From contig OX597818.1 in assembly GCA_951406725.2 (NCBI GenBank), positions 96,906,001 through 96,970,000 of the forward strand: a DNA stretch of 64,000 nt, given 5' to 3'. Origin of the DNA: Octopus vulgaris. Lineage: Eukaryota. Position numbers and translations under genes: made by a program. The stretch's first letter is position 1; each line of letters starts with the position of its first letter. This document shows positions 24,585 to 38,246 of the stretch, one piece after another. The notes under the pieces are model-generated. The model saw only the letters and a list, made by a program, of their open reading frames with translations, searched no databases and was not told the DNA's origin.

Positions 24585-24814
24585 CTAACAATAGTAATTA
24601 AATGAGAATAAATTCAATAAAATATTCCTAAAAATGTCAATTGAACTGGCTGAATGAAATTATATCAGTGAATCCTGTTTCAGAGGGGTTTTCCTTTTTC
24701 TTTTTCCTTGTATAAAACACATAGGAGAGATTATTATTGCACAATAAAGGAAAATATTGTATACAGCCAGGGAAGTTACTGTTGCACATTAACATAATTT
24801 TTTGTCTGTTAATC

Positions 24815-24976
24815 GGTGTAGGAGTGGCTGTGTGGTTAGTAGCTTGCTTACGAACCACATGGCTCCGGGTTCAGTCCCACTGTATAGCACCTTGGGCAAG
24901 TGTCTTCTACTATAGCCTCGGGCTGACCAAAGCATTGTGAGTGGATTTGGTAGACAGAAACTGAAAGAAGCCCGTC

Positions 24977-25009
<33 letters not shown>

Positions 25010-25223
25010 ATATGTTTGCGTGCCTGTGTTTGTCCCCTCAACATCGCTTGACAACCAATGCTGGTGTGTTTACGTCCTTATAACTTAGTGGTTCGGTAAA
25101 AGATACCAATAGAATAAGTACTAGGCTTACAAAGAATAAGTCCTGGGGTCGATTTGCTCGACTAAAGGTGGTGCTCTAGCATGGCCACAGTCAAATGACT
25201 GAAACAAGTAAAAGAGTAAAAGA
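24815..25223 (+). mobile_element. SINE family B, full length
   Basis: Collinear with the copy at 23621-24016. Confidence 0.85.
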
Positions 25224-25849
25224 ATAGTAATAATGGTTTCAAAAATAGCAGAAGACCAGCAAGTTAAGAAGAGGAAGTTAGTCAATTATATCAACCCAGG
25301 TACTTGACTGGTACTTATTTTTTCGATTCCGAAATGCTCAGAACAATAGCATTAACAGCAACAACAATAGAAGAATTTATGTTACATATATATAACATAT
25401 ATTCTGTGAAATACAAATTCCTCAAAGCAAATAAGAGTAATACAAATATGGAGTACAAAATTTTTATTCATATTAAATTGAATATATATATTTCATGGTG
25501 TGTTGATCTCCAGTGATTTCAAAAGCGACCTAAGCGCATTACAGTAAACTGAAAATAGAGTAATATCAAGGGAGGGAATTAAAACAATAGCCAAAGTTTG
25601 CAAATAGGTTACAGTATTGTAGCAATAAAAAGAAACTGTAAATTGTTAAAACAGCATGAAGGTGATGCTTGTGGTTAAGAAGATTAGATTAAAAATTAAT
25701 TCCAAAACAAGGGAAAGCTTCTGTGTGGATTAAGAAGGAAAACCTAGAGAGGGCTTACAGTCACAAATAAATGGTTTCTGATTAGGCACAAAGCCAACAG
25801 TTCTGAGGGTAACAGGTTTAGTTGATGCCATCAATCCCAGTAGATTTGT

Positions 25850-26070
25850 GTTTTGCATTTCCTGATTGGCTGTTCTTTTTTCTGCCTTTTTCATTGGTTA
25901 TTTTTTTATGGGACAGGATATTTTTGCTTTAGTTACTCATCCTAGATTTACAATTCAGTTAAGAACAAGCTTAACTCAATTATAAATCTAGAGTGTATAG
26001 GCAAATTAATAATATACCCAGTCATCAAAAACTAAAAGAGGCAGAAAACAACAGCTAATCAACAAGCACA
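25850..26070. mobile_element. Fold-back / MITE-like element
   Basis: TGATTGGCTGTT..TTTTCTGCCT pairs with AGGCAGAAAA..AACAGCTAATCA; inner CTAGATTTACAATTCAGTTAAG pairs with CTTAACTCAATTATAAATCTAG. Confidence 0.55.
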
Positions 26071-26814
26071 AGATGGAAATCAATGAACAAACCTAAGTAT
26101 GAGACCACAAGCACCAAACGAATATGAATATACCATCAAAGCCGAACTGTAAGACTTCTCATATGAACTTCACAGTGATGTGAAATACAATATGCAAGAT
26201 AAAAATCTAGTTTTGATAAATGATATACTCTACATGTATTGAGGCCACGTTCTCTCCTCAAATCCACCACATTCCATGACTGTTCATTCATTTATCCTTT
26301 ACCTCTTGTAGCTATATTTCTTTCATCAATTTTTCTTTTATCATCATAATTATTTCATATTTCTGTGTCTTCATTTTCTTAATCTACATAATTTTTTTTT
26401 CTTTACCCAATAAAAAATTATTTTTACTAGCAGATTATATTGTCAAATCTTCAGAGATCATGTAACTCTCATTAGTAACCTTTAAGATTTATATTGGACA
26501 GCTGACAGTGTTATGGTATCACCTACCTCAATACTACAATATAATTGCATAATGTTACTATTGAGTGTTATACAACCTCCAAAGATTTGACAATACAATC
26601 TGCTTATAAAAATGTTCTTATGTAAAAAGCTATTTTTCATTGCTAATGAACTGTAAGATGATGCAACTAAATAATTTATAAACAAACTGTCAAGACGTTT
26701 GTACTAAATTTTACAATATTTTATGGGGGGTTTTTTTTCAGGAATAGCTTGATGTATTTATTGGTGAACAGTCAACAGTACTTGCAAGCATAAAGATTAA
26801 AGTTGTAGTTGAGA

Positions 26815-27530
26815 AAAGGTTAGCTAATAGAGGACTGAAAGCCATCTGAATATTGGGGAAAAATTATCTGTATCATTATGATTCGTGTCAGATATCAAAA
26901 TACTGACAGCTGTTCAATGCTCTGTGAACTCTGTAAAGGCTGTAAGACATGACATGGACAACTGCAACAGAAACTACAAAGCTATGGCCAGGAGGTGAGA
27001 CACGACAGGTGATCTGTCTGCATCTGAACACCAGAATTCATCACTACATCTTTGAACAGGATCTTAGGCTCAATTCAAACGGTTGTGTGAAGCTTCTGGA
27101 GACTGTGGTCAAACCCTGGCTGGAGAGGATTGGTGCTTGAAGGCCACATGTGTAGCAGCAGGATTCAGCTATTTGCCATATCTCCAGAAAGAGTCAGCAG
27201 TGGTTGTCACAGAATTTCTACAACTTTACCAGCCCCAATACCTGGCCACCTACTTCCCCAGATTGTAATCCTATGGGGTGCAGTTGAAAAAGACATCAAC
27301 CGCTCTGCCTACAACACCAAAGCTGAGCTGGAAGCCAACATCAAGGTTGAATTTGAAGATTTTCCCAAGGACACAGAGAGGAACATATAAACCAGACTTC
27401 AGAGCAAGCTTCAGGCTACGAAGAAAGCTGAGCCCTAATCTAGAGATGCTTTTTGATTTTTTAAAATAGTTTTATATTTGGATGGAAATCATCTTTTATG
27501 CAAATCATCAAATTTATCTCAGACATCTTG
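26815..27530 (+). pseudogene. Tc1/mariner-superfamily transposase relic (maT/rosa-like)
   Basis: LRLNSNGCVKLLETVVKPWL, QQDSAICH, WPP.SPD.NP and WGAVE across shifted frames. Confidence 0.6.
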
Positions 27531-27576
<46 letters not shown>

Positions 27577-27634
27577 CATGTGTATAATATGTATATATAT
27601 CTGTATATAAGAGTGTGTATATATAATATATATA

Positions 27635-28030
27635 CGCAGGAGTGGCTGTGTGGTAAGTAATTTGCTTACCAATCACATGGTTCTGGGTTCAGTCCCTCTG
27701 CAGGGCACCTTGAGCAAGTGTCTTCTACTATAGCCTTAGGCCAACCAAAACCTTGTGAGTGGATTTGGTAGACGGAAACTGAAAAAAGCCCATCGTGTGT
27801 GTGTGTGTGGTGTATTTATGTGTCTGTGTTTGTCCCCCTCCCCACCATTGTTTGACAACCAATGTTGCTGTGTTTACTTCTCTGTAATTTAGCAGTTCAG
27901 CAAAAGAGACCAATAGAATAAGTACTAGGCTAACAAAGTATAAGTCCTAGGGTCAATTTGCTCAATTATAGGTGGTGCTCCAACATGGCTGCAGTCAAAT
28001 GACTGAAACAAATAAAAGAATAAAAAGGAA
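27635..28030 (+). mobile_element. SINE family B
   Basis: Same head, core and tail as the other B copies. Confidence 0.85.
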
Positions 28031-28054
28031 AAGAATATACAAATACATATATAC

Positions 28055-28274
<220 letters not shown>

Positions 28275-28455
28275 GTATGTAAAAATATTTTAATCTTCGG
28301 ATTTTTTTAATATGCTGGGCCACTTGTTTTAATTGATTAATATCAATTTCTACCCTTATTAAATATATATATACTAGACTATGCATGACCCATTGGGTCA
28401 CTGGAAAACTGAGTTTTGTTTCGTGAGTTATTTTTTCTTTTCCAGGTTATTTGGC

Positions 28456-28655
28456 ATGCTTCCAACGAATATGACATCAAAATCATGCATAAATGGCTCC
28501 TTTCCAGAAAAGGAAAGCTTTGGTTGCTATTTCTTGCACACCCTGCTACCATGTGACAGGTATTTCAGGTCCTTTATCACAAATAGCTGTTACATGTAGT
28601 AGGGCGTGCTAGAAATAGCAGCCATATCTTTGGAGGTGACATTCATTGAATGCAC
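28456..28655. mobile_element. Degenerate fold-back / MITE-like element
   Basis: TGGTTGCTATTTCTTGCACACCCTGCTACCATGTGACAGGTATTT pairs imperfectly with AAATAGCTGTTACATGTAGTAGGGCGTGCTAGAAATAGCAGCCA. Confidence 0.55.
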
Positions 28656-29141
28656 TTGAAAAAAACCTATGAAAAAAACTTTTTCACACTGAGGTTATGA
28701 ACAGGTCTTTTACAAAATATTTACCATATTTTTGAAGTCATTTTCTCTTTAAAATGTTTTTTTAAATATGCCAAAAAAATTTTTGTAATGGTATTCACTT
28801 GAAAATAATTTTAAAAAACATTAAAATATTGTCTGTTTAAAGAAAGCTAAAATATAAATACTTACTATACAAATAACTTATATTTTTGAATTACATTCAC
28901 TTAAAAATATTTCTAAATGATTAAAATATTGTGTTTAACAAAAATGAAAATAGAAACATTTACTGTAAAAAACAAATTGTATTTTTATGTTGTCAAGTCA
29001 CTGTGTCTAATCAAAAGATAAGAGTTTCTTCCCTTTCAGGATTAAGATTATTTTCAGAATATTTTCCAATTATGCACCAGTTTGGCTGGGTAACATTTCA
29101 AGCAAGCAAGATTCAAGCTGATTCAATGTATTATATATATA

Positions 29142-29180
<39 letters not shown>

Positions 29181-29184
<4 letters not shown>

Positions 29185-30723
29185 GTAGGGGTTCGCCAAG
29201 GATCAGTCCTCTCCCCTCATATTCATTATAGTCCCACCGAGCAATAACAGAGGAATTCAAGAGCTCCTCTATGCTGATGACCGTGCTCTAATAGCCGAGT
29301 CACTGCTAGAATTGGAGACGAAGATTAGGGAGTGGAAGCAAGGTCTAGAATTAAAGTGCCTTAGGGTTAACCTACCAAAAACTAGAGTCTTAGTAAGTAG
29401 GAAGGCTGTCAAATCAGAACCCCATTCAGATACATGGCCCTGCTCGATCTATAGAAAAGGCATAGGTAGAAACTCCATATGATGTACCCAGTGTCAGCTA
29501 TGGACACATAAAATGTGCAGCAATATCAATGGAAGGTTAACCGGGAAAATGGATTTTGTGTGCAGTAGATGCACTGGGACAATAAACACTGAAAATGTAT
29601 AGAAAACTGATTACATCACATGCCAGGGGGAGAAACTAGAAGTAGTTAATAGTTTCTGCTACCTAGGAAACCAAGTTTGTAGTGGGGGCAGTTGCTCTGA
29701 GAGTGTAGCGACTAGAATAAGAATAGCCTGGGCAAAGTTCAGAGAGCTCCTACCTCTGCTGGCAACTAAATCCTCTCGCTCAGGGTGAAAGATAGACTGT
29801 AAGATGCATGTGTGTGAACTGTCATGCTATACGGCAGTGAAACATGAGCCATGAATGCTGAGGACATACATAGGCTTGAAAGAAAGGAAGCTAGTATGAT
29901 CCACTGGATGTGTAATGTCAATGTGCATACATGACAGACTGTAAGCGTCCTAAAAGAAAAGTTAGGCATAAGAAGCATCAACTATGGTGTGCAAGAGAGG
30001 CAACTGTGTTAGTATGGCCATGTGTTAACATATGAATGATGACAGCTGTGTGAGGAAGTGCCACTCCCTTACTGTAAAAGGAACCTGTGGAAGATATAGA
30101 CCCAGAAAGACATGGGATGAGGTAGTGAAGCATGACCTTCGAACATTGGGTCTCAAAGAGGCAATGATAGGAGACTGGGATCTATGAAGAAATGCAGTGA
30201 TTGAGTAGACCAGGCAACTAAAGTGAGATTGCAGCCATGCATGTCCAGCCCTGTTAAGAATACATTGATGCATTGGGTGATATGATATGCTTGAGAAGAC
30301 CTGTTGAATCAAGTAAAACCAACATCATAGCTGGGGCCAGTGCCCCTGGCTTACTCACGTGCTAGTGACATGTGAAAAACACCATCCGAACATGGTCAAT
30401 GCCAGATCTGCCTGACTGGCTCCTATGCCAGTGGCACGTAAAAAGCACTAACCGATCATAACCGATGCCAGTACCCCCTAACTGGCTCCTGTACCAGTAG
30501 CATGTAAAAAGCACCATCCAAACGTGATCACTGCCAGGCCCACCTGACTGGCTCCTGTGCACCCACTAAACTCTTGGAGTGGTTGGCGTTAGGAAGGGCA
30601 TCCAACTGTAGAAACATTGCCAGATCAGATTGGAGCCTGATGCAGCCTCTAGCTCTCTAGACTGCTAAACCGTCCAACCCATGCCAGCATGGAAAACGGA
30701 CATTAAACAATGATGATGATGAT
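29181..30723 (+). mobile_element. RTE LINE, older 5'-truncated degraded copy
   Basis: EVGVRQGSVLS, LYADD, PHD remnant, RPRKTWDEVVKHDL with stops; 3' UTR ending GGAAAACGGACATTAAAC(AATG)(ATG)n; (TA)n on both sides. Confidence 0.9.
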
Positions 30724-30842
30724 ACATATATATATATATATATATATACATGTACAAATGAGTATGTATATATATACATATATATGTGTGTGTGTGTATG
30801 TATGTATGTATGTCTATATGTATGTATGTATGTATACACATA

Positions 30843-31085
30843 TATTTACAGGAAATTAATTATATGGCTGGTCATAAAGTGACTGATGGTTTTGAATCTA
30901 TAAAGCACTTAGCCATATAGACGACTCCTAATAGACAACTCTTGGGAGTCATCTGTAATGCTAAGGCTAAGCACTTTATGGATGTGAAACCATCGGTCAC
31001 TCTATGACCCACCATATGATTAACAGTCTGTAAATACTTTACAGTTCTTTTAGAGTGTGCTTCTTTTTCAGATGATCCACTGATG
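30843..31085. repeat. Inverted pair (about 95-nt arms) of a repeat also seen at 42318-42475; probable Penelope-like pLTR fragment
   Basis: TATTTACAG..ATATGG..GGTCATAAAGTGACTGATGGTTT mirrored by AAACCATCGGTCACTCTATGACC..CCATAT..CTGTAAATA. Confidence 0.55.
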
Positions 31086-31114
31086 ATATATATACATATA
31101 CATATATATATGTA

Positions 31115-31810
31115 TGCAACTCCCTGCACCCACCCTACCATTGCCCATCTCCCATTTATCCTCACCTACCACCTCTCTACCCTGCCCTTCCAACACACCA
31201 TTCTCCAAGCCTTCCAGTGACTCCAGTCTGATCCCTCCATGTTGCACATCTTCCCCAACCTAACCCTTCCCTCCTTCAAACAAGCCCACAACCTATGTGA
31301 CCTTCTGGTCCACAGTTTCTGCCCTAACCCCACCTCCAAACCTGGCTTGTTCCCCTGCTCCCACCCACACTGCTGCACTCACCCCTACCTCTCCAATACT
31401 ACCATCCTCACAGGCACTCATCATTGTCCCTATCATATCCCCTCTCAATATTAGACACATGCACTTACAAAAGCACACATCCACATGTCAAAGTCACTAG
31501 CCCCTATCCACACACTTACACACTCTCACATACACACATGCATGCGCATCTTCATTTTGGGATCACCGGTACTTTATTGTCTCCCCTTCTTCCTAGCTCT
31601 CCTGTCCAACTTTTTTCAAACCAGTTGCCATGCTCAATTACTAAATCCACAAGTCTTTTTTATTTGCTCTGTTTATTTTCTCTTTTTCTGTTTAAGAGCG
31701 TAGGCTCAAAACATAAAAGATTTTCTCACTTTCCTGAGCATCAAATAAATACACCTGCTTGTTGTTTATAGAACTGTCTTCGACTTTCAGTTTTCTGTAA
31801 ATTTCAACTA
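31115..31810 (+). mobile_element. Penelope-like element fragment with a degenerate hammerhead
   Basis: PSFKQAHNLCDLLVHS..PGLFPCSHPHCCT resembles the linker and Zn motif preceding the GIY-YIG domain; decayed hammerhead-like sequence at 31683-31719. Confidence 0.6.
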
Positions 31811-32089
31811 TATATACATAAATCCATAAATCCTAAAGTTTATTTTAGAATTTATGGGAGCAACTGTCTTTGAAGACTCATATTGTCATTGAATGCTTGA
31901 AATGAAGAGTAGATAGATATCCAACAACTGATGAAGGGTCCTTTCTCTGTGTTTACTTGTCTTGTTTTCAATTTTTTTTTCTCGTTGTTTATGTATTTAA
32001 CTCGTTTGTTTACATATTTCATGTTGTTTGCACCACCGGTGGCATCATATACCCATATATGCATGCATATATATATATATATATATATT

Positions 32090-32298
32090 ACTCTTTACTC
32101 TTTTACTTGTTTCAGTCATTTGACTGCAGCTATACTGTAGCACCACTTTTAGTCGAGTAAATCGACCCCAGGACTTATTCTTTGTAAGCCTAGTCCTTAT
32201 TCTATCGATCTCTTTTGCTAAAGCGCTAAGATATGGGAACGTAAGCACATCAGCATTGGTTGTCAAGCAATGTTGGGGGGACAAACACAGACAAACAA

Positions 32299-32357
<59 letters not shown>

Positions 32358-32528
32358 TACGACGGGCTTCTTTTCAGTTTCCGTCTACCAAATCCACTCA
32401 CAAGGCTTTGGTCAGCTTTGGTCAAGCTATAGTAGAAGACACTTGCCCAAAGTGCCATGCAGTGGGACTGAACCCGGAACTATGTGGTTGGTAAGCAAGC
32501 TACTTACCACACAGCTACTCCTGCACCT
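32090..32528 (-). mobile_element. SINE family B
   Basis: Reverse complement of the B consensus with an internal (TA)n tract. Confidence 0.85.
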
Positions 32529-32546
32529 ATATTATTTATTTATTAT

Positions 32547-32649
<103 letters not shown>

Positions 32650-33419
32650 TAGAAATTTATACATGTGCAATTGATTTTACACCATCGTTTATCATTCACA
32701 GTTCCATGCTGGTATGGGTCAGGTGGAATTTGTTCAGGTAGGTTTTGTATGGCATGATGCCCTTATCACCAATCCTCACCAGCTTCCAAGTAAGCTAATA
32801 TTTTTTTCCCATGAGCAGATAATGATTTCACAGAAAATTGGAAATGAAAGACACATATATGATGGTGGCACTTGTTTACAACTATCACATGATGCCAAGA
32901 CACACAAACACACACACACACACACACACACATACAGCCTCATCATCATTATTATCTATCATCCATTTTCCATGCTAGCATGGTTAAGACAGTTTAGCTG
33001 GAGCTGGTCAGTCAGAGAGCTGCACCAGGTCCCAGTCTGTTTTGGCTTGGTCTGTATGGTTGGATACACTTCCTAATGCCAACAACTTCACAGAGTTTAC
33101 TGGCTGCTTCTTATGTGTCAGCAGCATGAGTCCTTTTTATGTGTCAGCAGCACTGGTCAGTTAGCTTGACATGTCTTCTCAAGCACAGCAAATTGCCAAA
33201 GGTGTCAGTTACTTATCATCACCTCTGTGAGATTCAACACTCTAAGATCATTCTTTACAAGTTTCTTTCAGTTTTCATGTACCAAAAATATGTCCTGAAC
33301 TATAGTAGAAGATACTTTCCCAAGGTGCTACTCAGTGGGACTGAAATGAGAAGCTTGTGGTTGGAAAGCAAACTTCTAACCACATAGCCATACCTTGGCA
33401 AGACAGACTTCCTTCTGTT

Positions 33420-33665
33420 TTAGTATTTCCTTATTTCTTTATTACCCACAAGGGGCTAAACATAGAAGGGACAAAAAAGGACAGACAAAGGGATTAAATC
33501 GATTATATCGACCCCAGTGCGTATCTGGTACTTAATTTATCGACCCTGAAATTATGAAAGGCAAAATCTACCTCGGCGGAATTTGAATTCAAAACGTAAC
33601 GGCAGATGAATTACTGATAAGCATTTCGCCCGGCGTACTAATGTTTCTGCCAATTCACTACCTTA
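33420..33665 (-). mobile_element. SINE family A
   Basis: Reverse complement of the family A head and core. Confidence 0.75.
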
Positions 33666-34134
33666 TGTTTTATTATTTCCATCTGCTAAACTCCTTTCAC
33701 AATCATTGGGTAAACTCTAGTTAAAATAAAAGATACTTACCCAAGGACCTTCACAATGAGATTGAACACCATACCTCAGGGTTCTAATGCCTACTAATTA
33801 ACCACATGGTTATACATAATAATAATGAGCTAAGACTTGTGATATCAAAACAAAACACTGAAGGCTACAGTATCAATGACATGAAGCAAATATATTAAAA
33901 ATAAACAACTGCAGGAATACCTATCTATAGATACTCTGACTGATATATATATGTGTATAGCTTACATTCTATCAAACTTTATCTCACCAGTAATATTATA
34001 TGTTACATACGGATACAGGAACACAAACACACAGACACAGAAATATACGTACACACACATGTTGTATTTACTTTATATATACAAGTGTGTGTGCGTTTAT
34101 GTGTATGTTTGTATAGTATTTGTAAAAGAATGAA

Positions 34135-34165
<31 letters not shown>

Positions 34166-34469
34166 GTGCATACACACACATGCATGTGCACCTATACACA
34201 TACACAGATAATATACGCTCACATAAATATAATATGCACATGTATATACATACATATATATATATATATATATTTGGTGTGTGTGTATGTTTGCCCATGC
34301 ATGTGTGTGTGTGCACGCATGCATATGTGTGTGCACGCATGCATGTGTGTATGTATAAATGTATTTATATAGTACATACACATGTAGAGACATATGCAAG
34401 TATGTTATATATAAATCATATACATATATCCCTGTATATTTATATAAATATACATGTATGCATACATAT

Positions 34470-34513
<44 letters not shown>

Positions 34514-34516
<3 letters not shown>

Positions 34517-37500
34517 TCATCATCATCATCATCATTTAGCGTCCGTTTTCCATGCTAGCATGGGTTGGACGGTTCTGCTGGGGTCTGTGAAGCCAGAAGG
34601 CTTCATCAGGCCCAGTCAAATCTGGCAGTGTTTCTACGGCTGGATGCCCTTCCTAACGCCAACCACTCCGTGAGTGTAGTGGGTGCTTTTTACGTGCCAC
34701 CCGCACTGGTGCCAGCCAGAGCTGGCAAACGGCCACGAACGGATGGTGTTTTTTATGTGCCACCGGCACGAGGGCCAGGCGAGGCTGGCAACGAACACGA
34801 AAACGGGGCGGTGCTGGCAACGGTCGCGAAACGGAAGGTTCTCTTACATGCCACCGGCACTGGTAACACATCTGCAATTTCCATTGATCGATTTCCATTG
34901 ATCGATTTCGATTCTGATCCTCACTTGCCTCAATGGGTCTTCACAAGCAGAGTTTCGACATGCCACCGGCACTGGTAGCACATCCGCAATTTCCATTGAT
35001 CGATTTCGATTCTGATCCTCACTTGCCTCAACACGTCTTCACAAGTAGAGTTTTGTGTCCCAAGAAGGGAAGGTATGCATACGTAGGCTGGCTCCATCCC
35101 ATGTAGAAGGCCACGGGTTGTGGACTCACTTGTCCTGCCGGGTCTTCTCGCGCACAGCACACTTCCAGAGGTCTCGGTCTCTAGTCATTTCCTCGGTGAG
35201 ACCTAAAGTTCGAAGGTCGTGCTTCACCACCTCGTCCCAGGTTTTCCTGGGTCTGCCTCTTCCACAGGTTCCCTCAACCGCTAGGGTGTGGCACTTTTTC
35301 ACACAACTACCTTCATCCATTCTCGCCACATGACCATACCAGCGCAAACGTCTCTCTTGCACACCACAACTGATGCTTCTTAGGTCCAGCTTTTCTCTCA
35401 AGGTACTTACACTCTGCCGAGTGTGAGTACTGGCATTACACATCCATCGGAGCATACTGGCTTCATTTCTAGCGAGCTTACGCATATCCTCAGCAGTCAC
35501 GGCCCATGTTTCACTGCCATGTAGCATGGCTGTTCGTACACACGCATCATACAGTCTGCCTTTCACTCTGTGCGAGAGGCCTTTTGTCACCAGCAGAGGT
35601 AAGAGCTCTCTGAACTTTGCCCAAGCTATTCTTACTCTAGCAGTTACACTTTCAGCACACCCGCCCCCGCTGCTGACTTGGTCACCTAGGTAACGGAAAC
35701 TATCAACTATTTCTAGTTTTTCTCCCTGGAAAGTGACAGAAGTTGGTCTCAGAGCATTTTCAGTGTTTATTGTTCCTGAGCATCTGCCACATACAAAAAC
35801 CATCTTCCTAGTTAGCCTTCCTTTGACATTGCTGCATCTCTTATGTGTCCATAGCTTACACTTGGTGCATCTTATAGAGTTTCTACCTACACCTTTTCTA
35901 CAGATCGAGCAGGGCCATCTACCTGAAGGTGTTTGTGATTTGTCTACCTTCCTACTGATTACGACTTTGGTTTTAGCTAGATTGACTCTGAGGCCCTTCG
36001 ATTCTAATCCTTGTTTCCACACCTGAAACTTCTCCTCCAGTTCTGATAGCGACTCAGCAATTAGAGCAAGGTCATCAGCATAGAGGAGCTCCCAAGGGCA
36101 TCCTGTCTTGAATTCCTCCGTTATTGCCTGGAGGACTATGATAAATAGGAGGGGGCTGAGTACTGAGCCTTGGTGGACCCCTACCTCTACCCGGAATTCT
36201 TCACTGTACTCATTTCCAACCCTCACCCTACTAGCGGCGTCCCTATACATGGCCCGCACAGCTCTCACTAACCATTCATCTATCCCTAGTTTTCTCATTG
36301 CCCACCAGATAAGGGATCGGGGGACCCTGTCGAAGGCTTTCTCCATGTCAACAAAAGCCAGGTACAGGGGCTTATCTTTGGCTAGGTATTTCTCCTGCAG
36401 CTGCCTTACCAGGAATATAGCATCAGTAGTACTTTTCCCTGGCACAAACCCAAACTGCATCTCATCTAAACTAACTCTCTCTCTAATTAGTTGGGCTATG
36501 ACCCTCTCCGTAACCTTCATCACCTGGTCCAACAGCTTGATACCTCTGTAGTTGTTTGTATCTAGGGCATCACCTTTACCTTTGTAGCAGTTGACTATTA
36601 TACTGCTACACCAGTCATTGGGTATGACCCCTTTGTGTATCACCTGATTAACTATATGGGTGACTAGGCTATAGCCGACACTACCAGACATTTTGAGCAT
36701 CTCTGCAGTGATTCCTGATGGGCCTGGGGCTTTCCCTGTCTTCATGCTTCTAATTGCCTTAGCTACCACAGAACTATCAACTCGGATAGCTGGTCCCTCT
36801 GTTGGGTCAACATTCGGCAGACTCTCTTTATCCCATTCATTTTCTTCATTCAGCAACCTTTCATAGTGGCATCTCCAAACCTCTCTCTTTGCATCCTCAT
36901 TTAGCGCAAGTGAACCATCTTCCATGCGAACACACTTCTCTCCTACCACATCACGATTCTCTCTCACACACTGTCTTGCAACACGAAACACCTCCAGTCT
37001 TTGGTCCTCACGGCGCAGAACATTGGCAAATTTTTTCTTATCTGCTTCCCCTCTGGCTAAATAAACCTGTCTCCTAGCTTCTCTTTTGGCAGTCTGATAC
37101 AATTCCCTGCTACCCCCATTTTTCCAGACCTTCCAAGCCTGTCTCTTTTCTCTAATAGCCCTGTCTACAATATTGTTCCACCACCACGTTATTCTAGGTC
37201 GAGAGGGGACTTTGCACCAGCCACAGATCTGGTCAGTGGCTCTCAGCAGGTTGTCCCTTAGAAACGTCCAGCTGTCTTCTACCCCCTGTGATGCTCTATC
37301 CCCTTCTACTTCGTCAGAGGCTTCAAGTAATATGTCCCTAAATCTCTGTCCATTTGCAGGATCTTTAAGCTTCCAGATCCTTCTTCTCCATATTTGTCGT
37401 CTTCTGGTTGTCCTCCTAGTCCTGATCCTAAAGTCACTAACTACCAGTCTATGTTGTGGGGTACATTCTTCACCTGGGAAGGTTTTGGCATTTATAAGCA

Positions 37501-37952
37501 GCCATCTCTCCCTTTGCCTTGTAAGGATGTAGTCAATTTGGCTGGTATGTTGGCCCGATTGGTAAGTGACTAGGTGGCTGGTAGGTTTCCTGAAGTTAGT
37601 GTTGCAAATCATAAGATTATTTGCATCGCAGAACTCCAGCAGCCTGGTTCCCTCCTCGTTGCGGGAGCCATAGCCGTAGCCTCCATGTACGCCATGGAAG
37701 CCCCCAGCATGTCGTCCAACGTGACCATTGAAGTCACCAGCCACAAAGATAAGGTCTCTGTCGTTCGTCAATGAGGTAGTCTGCAGTAGGGTGTCATAGA
37801 ATCGGTCTTTCTGTCCATCGGGTAGCCCCGACTGAGGAGCATAGGCTGATATAATGGTTGCTAAACTATGATGAAGCACTAATCTAATCTTAAGTATTCT
37901 GTCACTTACTCTGATTACCTCAATTACTTTATCTACCCATTTATCTACCCAT
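34514..37952 (-). mobile_element. Young RTE-clade LINE, 5'-truncated, inserted in (TA)n
   Basis: Uninterrupted ORF, about 600-nt 3' UTR, (ATG)n tail at 34514-34533, (TA)n on both flanks, 12-nt duplication at the 5' junction. Confidence 0.95.
35126..37952 (-). CDS. RTE polyprotein, N-terminally truncated: partial APE endonuclease, reverse transcriptase and PHD-type finger
   Basis: AYAPQ, AGDFNGHVG, SQIDYIL, QHRLVV (EN); NYRGIKLL, QFGF, DMEKAFDRV, GVHQGSVLSPLLF, YADD, FRYLG (RT); GRGRPRKTW. The first residues of the tracked 953-aa ORF come from flanking microsatellite. Confidence 0.93.
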
Positions 37953-38007
37953 ATATATATATATATTATATACATATGTACATACACATATACAGTCTAT
38001 CAAAGAA

Positions 38008-38044
<37 letters not shown>

Positions 38045-38215
38045 CATACATGCATATATATATTATACACATACACACACACACGTGTGTGTGTGTGTGT
38101 GTGTGATTATCTGTCATTTTTTTCCTCAGATGTTTATTTCAGCCTGCAACACTTCCACTCAACTCTAACATATGTACACACATGTGAGTGCATGTATGTA
38201 TGTATGTATGTATGA

Positions 38216-38246
<31 letters not shown>

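Noticed and set aside
37953-37987. Start of the 953-aa ORF (MYVHMYIIYIYI) as a real initiation site
   Set aside because: It is translated flanking microsatellite; the endonuclease N-terminus is missing, so the copy is not autonomous.
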